From assembly GCA_977862235.1 (NCBI GenBank), contig OZ374565.1, forward strand, positions 2,046,001 to 2,110,000: a stretch of DNA of 64,000 nt, written 5' to 3'. The notes beneath the pieces were generated by a model, which saw only the letters and a list, made by a program, of their open reading frames with translations, did no database searches and had not been told where the DNA came from. Below are positions 60,712 to 64,000 of the stretch, piece after piece. A program made the position numbers and the translations under genes. Source of the stretch: Dudresnaya verticillata. Lineage: Eukaryota. Every line of letters starts with the position of its first letter. Position 1 is the stretch's first letter.

Positions 60712-61632
60712 CTAAGAATCATCAACACAAGCATTAAGCGCCTTCTTAAAGGGCTTGAACGTACACCGTTCCGGGTTTCTCCTACAAGTACAAACCACCT
60801 GCGATATCCCATCAACAACCACATCTTCAACCTTACAAGTCCTATCCTGGTCCTCTCCCACACAATTGTCAAGCGCGTTGGCAAGATATTCCTCCGCAGA
60901 AACCGTCGCCCTATCCTCCAGCACGCAATCCAGCAAGCCCTGCGACCGCTCTTCCGAAGACGTAAACACGGGGATGAACAGCTCACCCTCCTTTGTCACG
61001 ATTCCAAGGTTGAACACGCTCCTACCTGACAGGCACAACACCGCTGACTGGAACAATGCCGGCCCTGGCGAGGCTGGTGCTGACGCTGATTGTGATGGTG
61101 TCGGCGAGCTGCTTGCTGACGCTACCACTGACGATGACAACGACGGCGTTGGCGTCGTCGTGGGAGGTACCACAACGGCAGAATTTGAAGGCGTCACCGA
61201 CGGCAAAACGGAACTGGAAGGCGTTGCCGACTCTGACACAAGAACTGCCGATGCAGACGGTGATTCCGATGGATCGGAAGAGGGCCCAGGTGGCGAAGGA
61301 GACGAACTCGGGGTAGGAACAGACGACGGGGACGGAGATTCAGGTGCTATCGGGTCGGGCGAGTCGAACGGATCGATCGACGTGTTCGGGAACCGAGCTG
61401 TGCACTTAAAGCGCCGGATTTTCTTGTTCCCTTTGCGCAGCGGTTCGCACTTGACCACCTTGCAGTTGGGCTTGCGCTTGCGGCACTTTGTCTTCACGGC
61501 TTTCCTAATCTTGCTACACTTCTCCGGACAAGCGTTTTGGCGAAACGTGGGAAAGTTTAGCGAGACGCTTTGGGAACACCTTGACAGACAGACGAGCGCT
61601 AGGGCTAGGATGATGAGAAAAGAGGGTCTCAT
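60712..61632 (-). CDS. Secreted protein with a basic 6-Cys domain, Ser/Pro/Thr linker and acidic Cys domain (306 aa)
   Basis: ATG at 61632 starts MRPSFLIILALALVCLSRCSQS. CPEKCSKIRKAVKTKCRKRKPNC follows, then a low-complexity linker. Confidence 0.8.
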   Translation of the reverse strand: MRPSFLIILALALVCLSRCSQSVSLNFPTFRQNACPEKCSKIRKAVKTKCRKRKPNCKVVKCEPLRKGNKKIRRFKCTARFPNTSIDPFDSPDPIAPESPSPSSVPTPSSSPSPPGPSSDPSESPSASAVLVSESATPSSSVLPSVTPSNSAVVVPPTTTPTPSLSSSVVASASSSPTPSQSASAPASPGPALFQSAVLCLSGRSVFNLGIVTKEGELFIPVFTSSEERSQGLLDCVLEDRATVSAEEYLANALDNCVGEDQDRTCKVEDVVVDGISQVVCTCRRNPERCTFKPFKKALNACVDDS

Positions 61633-62420
61633 GACGAGCGGGTAAGGGAAAAAGACGGCAGGGGGTTTGAAAGCAGTTTCTGACGCTGGGAGGACGCGTT
61701 TGGAGGGAAGGCTGGCATGGCCGGGGCAAGTCGAGGTGTTCAATCGAAGCGTGTCGGAGCTGGGTTAAGAATTGTTCGTCTTGTCCGTAAACGAGGAATA
61801 CAAAACCTAGTCAAGCCTCTCGGTCTCAAGAACGCACTTTGTCGCGAGGCTCGCATATTGGGACGGTTCGGCGCAACAGCCAAAGTATCTGCATAAGGTG
61901 CCTTCATCGGCCTTGTCGCAGAGAAGTTTTAAAGCCTTTGCCGAACGCGGGATACAGGACAGCAGGCTGGTCAAGAAACACGGCAGAACTGAAAGACGAT
62001 ATGAAGGCAAAGCGTCAATTCGTCATGTATACACGCGACGAGCCAGTTGCGGGAAAGTAGAGGTCTGTCGTGCAAGGTGAGCCTCTCCCGAGAGGTACTC
62101 CCGACGTGTCCCATTCGCTCTTCCGGAGGTGAGGAAATGTTTCATGTCCTACAGCAAGGGGCGTGTCATGTTCGAGCTTTGATATATGGTTTCTCTCATT
62201 TGGCGCGCGTATTTGGATGGCGCAGTTGGCTGCCATCCAAAATGCCACTGCTGGCAACAGGATGTGTTGCAGGCTTATTGCAAATTCGTGACGAAGCTGC
62301 TAGCAACTCTGATAGTCTACGCGAAGCTACGCGGTAATGAGTTGTCGTGAGATAGGATAAACTTTACGAGATTGCTCAATTTGTTCATAAATACCCATAT
62401 TCTGAGACCCTCTGCTTCCA

Positions 62421-62447
62421 CCCCCCCCCCCCCCCCCCCCCCCCCCC
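62421..62447. repeat. C27 homopolymer
   Basis: Read directly from the sequence. Confidence 0.9.
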
Positions 62448-62744
62448 ATTAATGTCCAGACGGGCAGCAAAATAGGAATGTCACATGGTAAAGCACATGT
62501 ACCATTCGGATGCTTGCTTCTTCGGATAACGCGTTTTTCCCGCTCCTTTCCCTTTTGCACTCGAGACCGTAGTGGGTTATGTCCTTTCCCGGTACTGTTT
62601 CTTAGCTTGGCGAGTGTGTCTCTTTGTAGAACATTCCAAGCTCGTTTTTGTTCCGGGATTACAGAACACCACATCGGTATAATCCAAGGTTAGTATTTTA
62701 CCAGTCCGTAACAATCACGAACGTCCGGCACCAATGATTAATGT

Positions 62745-62935
62745 AATGTGTAGATACCTACTGAAGGTAGGATCTTAAGCAGGGAGCATCTCAGAACTAC
62801 ATCAAGCAAAGCCACAAGGAAGCGGCAATGGCTAAGTGGTTTCTTTTTGCTTAGTCCACCATGGAGGTCCTGGGATCGAGTCCTGCGGGTGCGTGCTCGC
62901 GCGATGCTGGAGACCAGTCTACAAATGAAGACGAT
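62745..62935 (+). mobile_element. tRNA-like SINE candidate, copy 2
   Basis: A-box TGGCTAAGTGG (~62829) and B-box-like GGATCGAGTCC (~62873). It matches 38955-39140 inverted and ends in a GATGATGA-like tail. Confidence 0.6.
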
Positions 62936-63700
62936 GATGAAAATTAAATATTTAACAACAGTGACAGAAGCCGTAGATCAATCTGGATAACAAAGCATGT
63001 GGACACCAACCAGCTTGCTCGACACGGTGGAGCTGCCTGTGACATTCAAACTGTGTAGGCAGCAAATCAGCAGGAAATCAAAGCTTAGAATCGACTAGAT
63101 AGGGACTTTGTGCATCAATGCACGTGATACCTTCGATTGCTACCATGTCAATAATGATGTGTGCCCTGCATGCTAAACATTGCCTACATGGAAAGTTTCT
63201 CGCCTTCCGCTCTTAATACGGCCTTGTAAAAACTTTTAGCGCCTCTTTCGCCCTTCAATATGTGGTGTTTTGTGTAGATAGATAGATAGATAGAACCGTC
63301 GAAATCTTTCGCCATCACGTCCTGAGTAGTTCTGGTTAAACTCACAAATGGCGGTTTATTTCGGTATTTTGCGTAAAGGTCGATATCACCAGAATTGCTA
63401 AAGAAGGACTGTCAATCATCAGCCCTCAACTACAAGCGCATAACTAAACTAAATTCGTTCTTACAACCACTTGCGGGACTTTGGCAGCATTCCGAAGCTA
63501 ACTTAGCCCCCAAAAATGAACCTACTATTAACGAGATGATCACTTCTGTTCCAATTGTTTGCTTCTATCTATCCAGAGCCATCCCATCGGTGCAAACTAC
63601 CCAAGGATGTGATGCAAGTATATTAATCGCAACATGAAGCATCGAAGGATTCCTTCTCACCTCGTTTCATCTCCGCAACGGGATGTTTTTGCTTGAGTTC

Positions 63701-64000
63701 TCAGCATCTTGACCGCCTATACCTAAGCCTCCCGTTGCAGTATTTTTTGAACATGTACGTACCATCAGTCATAAGAAACCCGGTACAGCATTTACGGCAC
63801 CTGTAGTTGTGATAACGAGTTCTGCAGCAGGCTTTGTGTGCACCACCAGTCGTTTTAACTCCGTTGTAGCATTTACGGAACCTGTAGTCATAGGAGTGAG
63901 TTCCGTAACAGGCTTTCTATGCCACACCAGCTAAAATAACTCCGGTACAGTATTTGTATATCCTGTGGTTTTATCTTAAGCACGATCTCGCCGATACGGA
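63701..64000 (-). pseudogene. Pseudogenised paralog of the galaxin-like gene (5' end outside the window)
   Basis: Manual translation gives SVSARSCLR*NHRIYKYCTGVILAGVA*KACYGTHSYDYRFRKCYNGVKTTGGAHKACCRTRYHNYRCRKCCTG...RRSRC*. It has the same RSRC* ending as 1504-1920 and a similar 3' flank. Confidence 0.85.

Noticed and set aside
52222..61645. Antisense ORFs (e.g. 52809-53744, 54395-55333, 60755-61645) and extended starts at 54266, 55984 and 61743
   Set aside because: These are GC3-bias shadows of real minus-strand genes. Downstream ATGs fit signal peptides or domain starts better.
62820..62895. Functional tRNA gene
   Set aside because: A/B-box-like motifs are present, but I could not build a convincing acceptor stem and anticodon arm, and the two copies differ in stem positions. 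Treated as SINE-like.

Overview
Eukaryotic nuclear DNA, most consistent with a red alga (inference from compact, nearly intron-free genes and one 75-nt GT-AG intron with a CTAAC branch point). There are two compartments. About 1-52 kb is an accessory region full of decayed non-LTR retrotransposons: a CRE/SLACS-like RT-plus-restriction-like-endonuclease family and a second LINE family. It also holds a solo LTR, a pogo-like transposase remnant, a tRNA-like SINE, many signal-peptide Cys-rich genes and an F-box-like/LRR family with an intact, a frameshifted and several dead copies. About 52-62 kb is a GC-rich, co-oriented minus-strand cluster: GRDP/DUF1399, a GCC2/GCC3 Cys-repeat protein, trpB2, a membrane protein with HET-like motifs, and a secreted Cys/Ser-Pro protein. 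The most striking item is a secreted, highly cationic, Tyr-rich di-cysteine repeat protein resembling coral galaxin (1504-1920), with an unannotated pseudogenised paralog at the far end (63701-64000). It sits among several other cationic Cys-rich secreted proteins, including a TIMP/NTR-like one. All family assignments are by-eye motif recognition, with no database searches. Boundaries of decayed elements are approximate.
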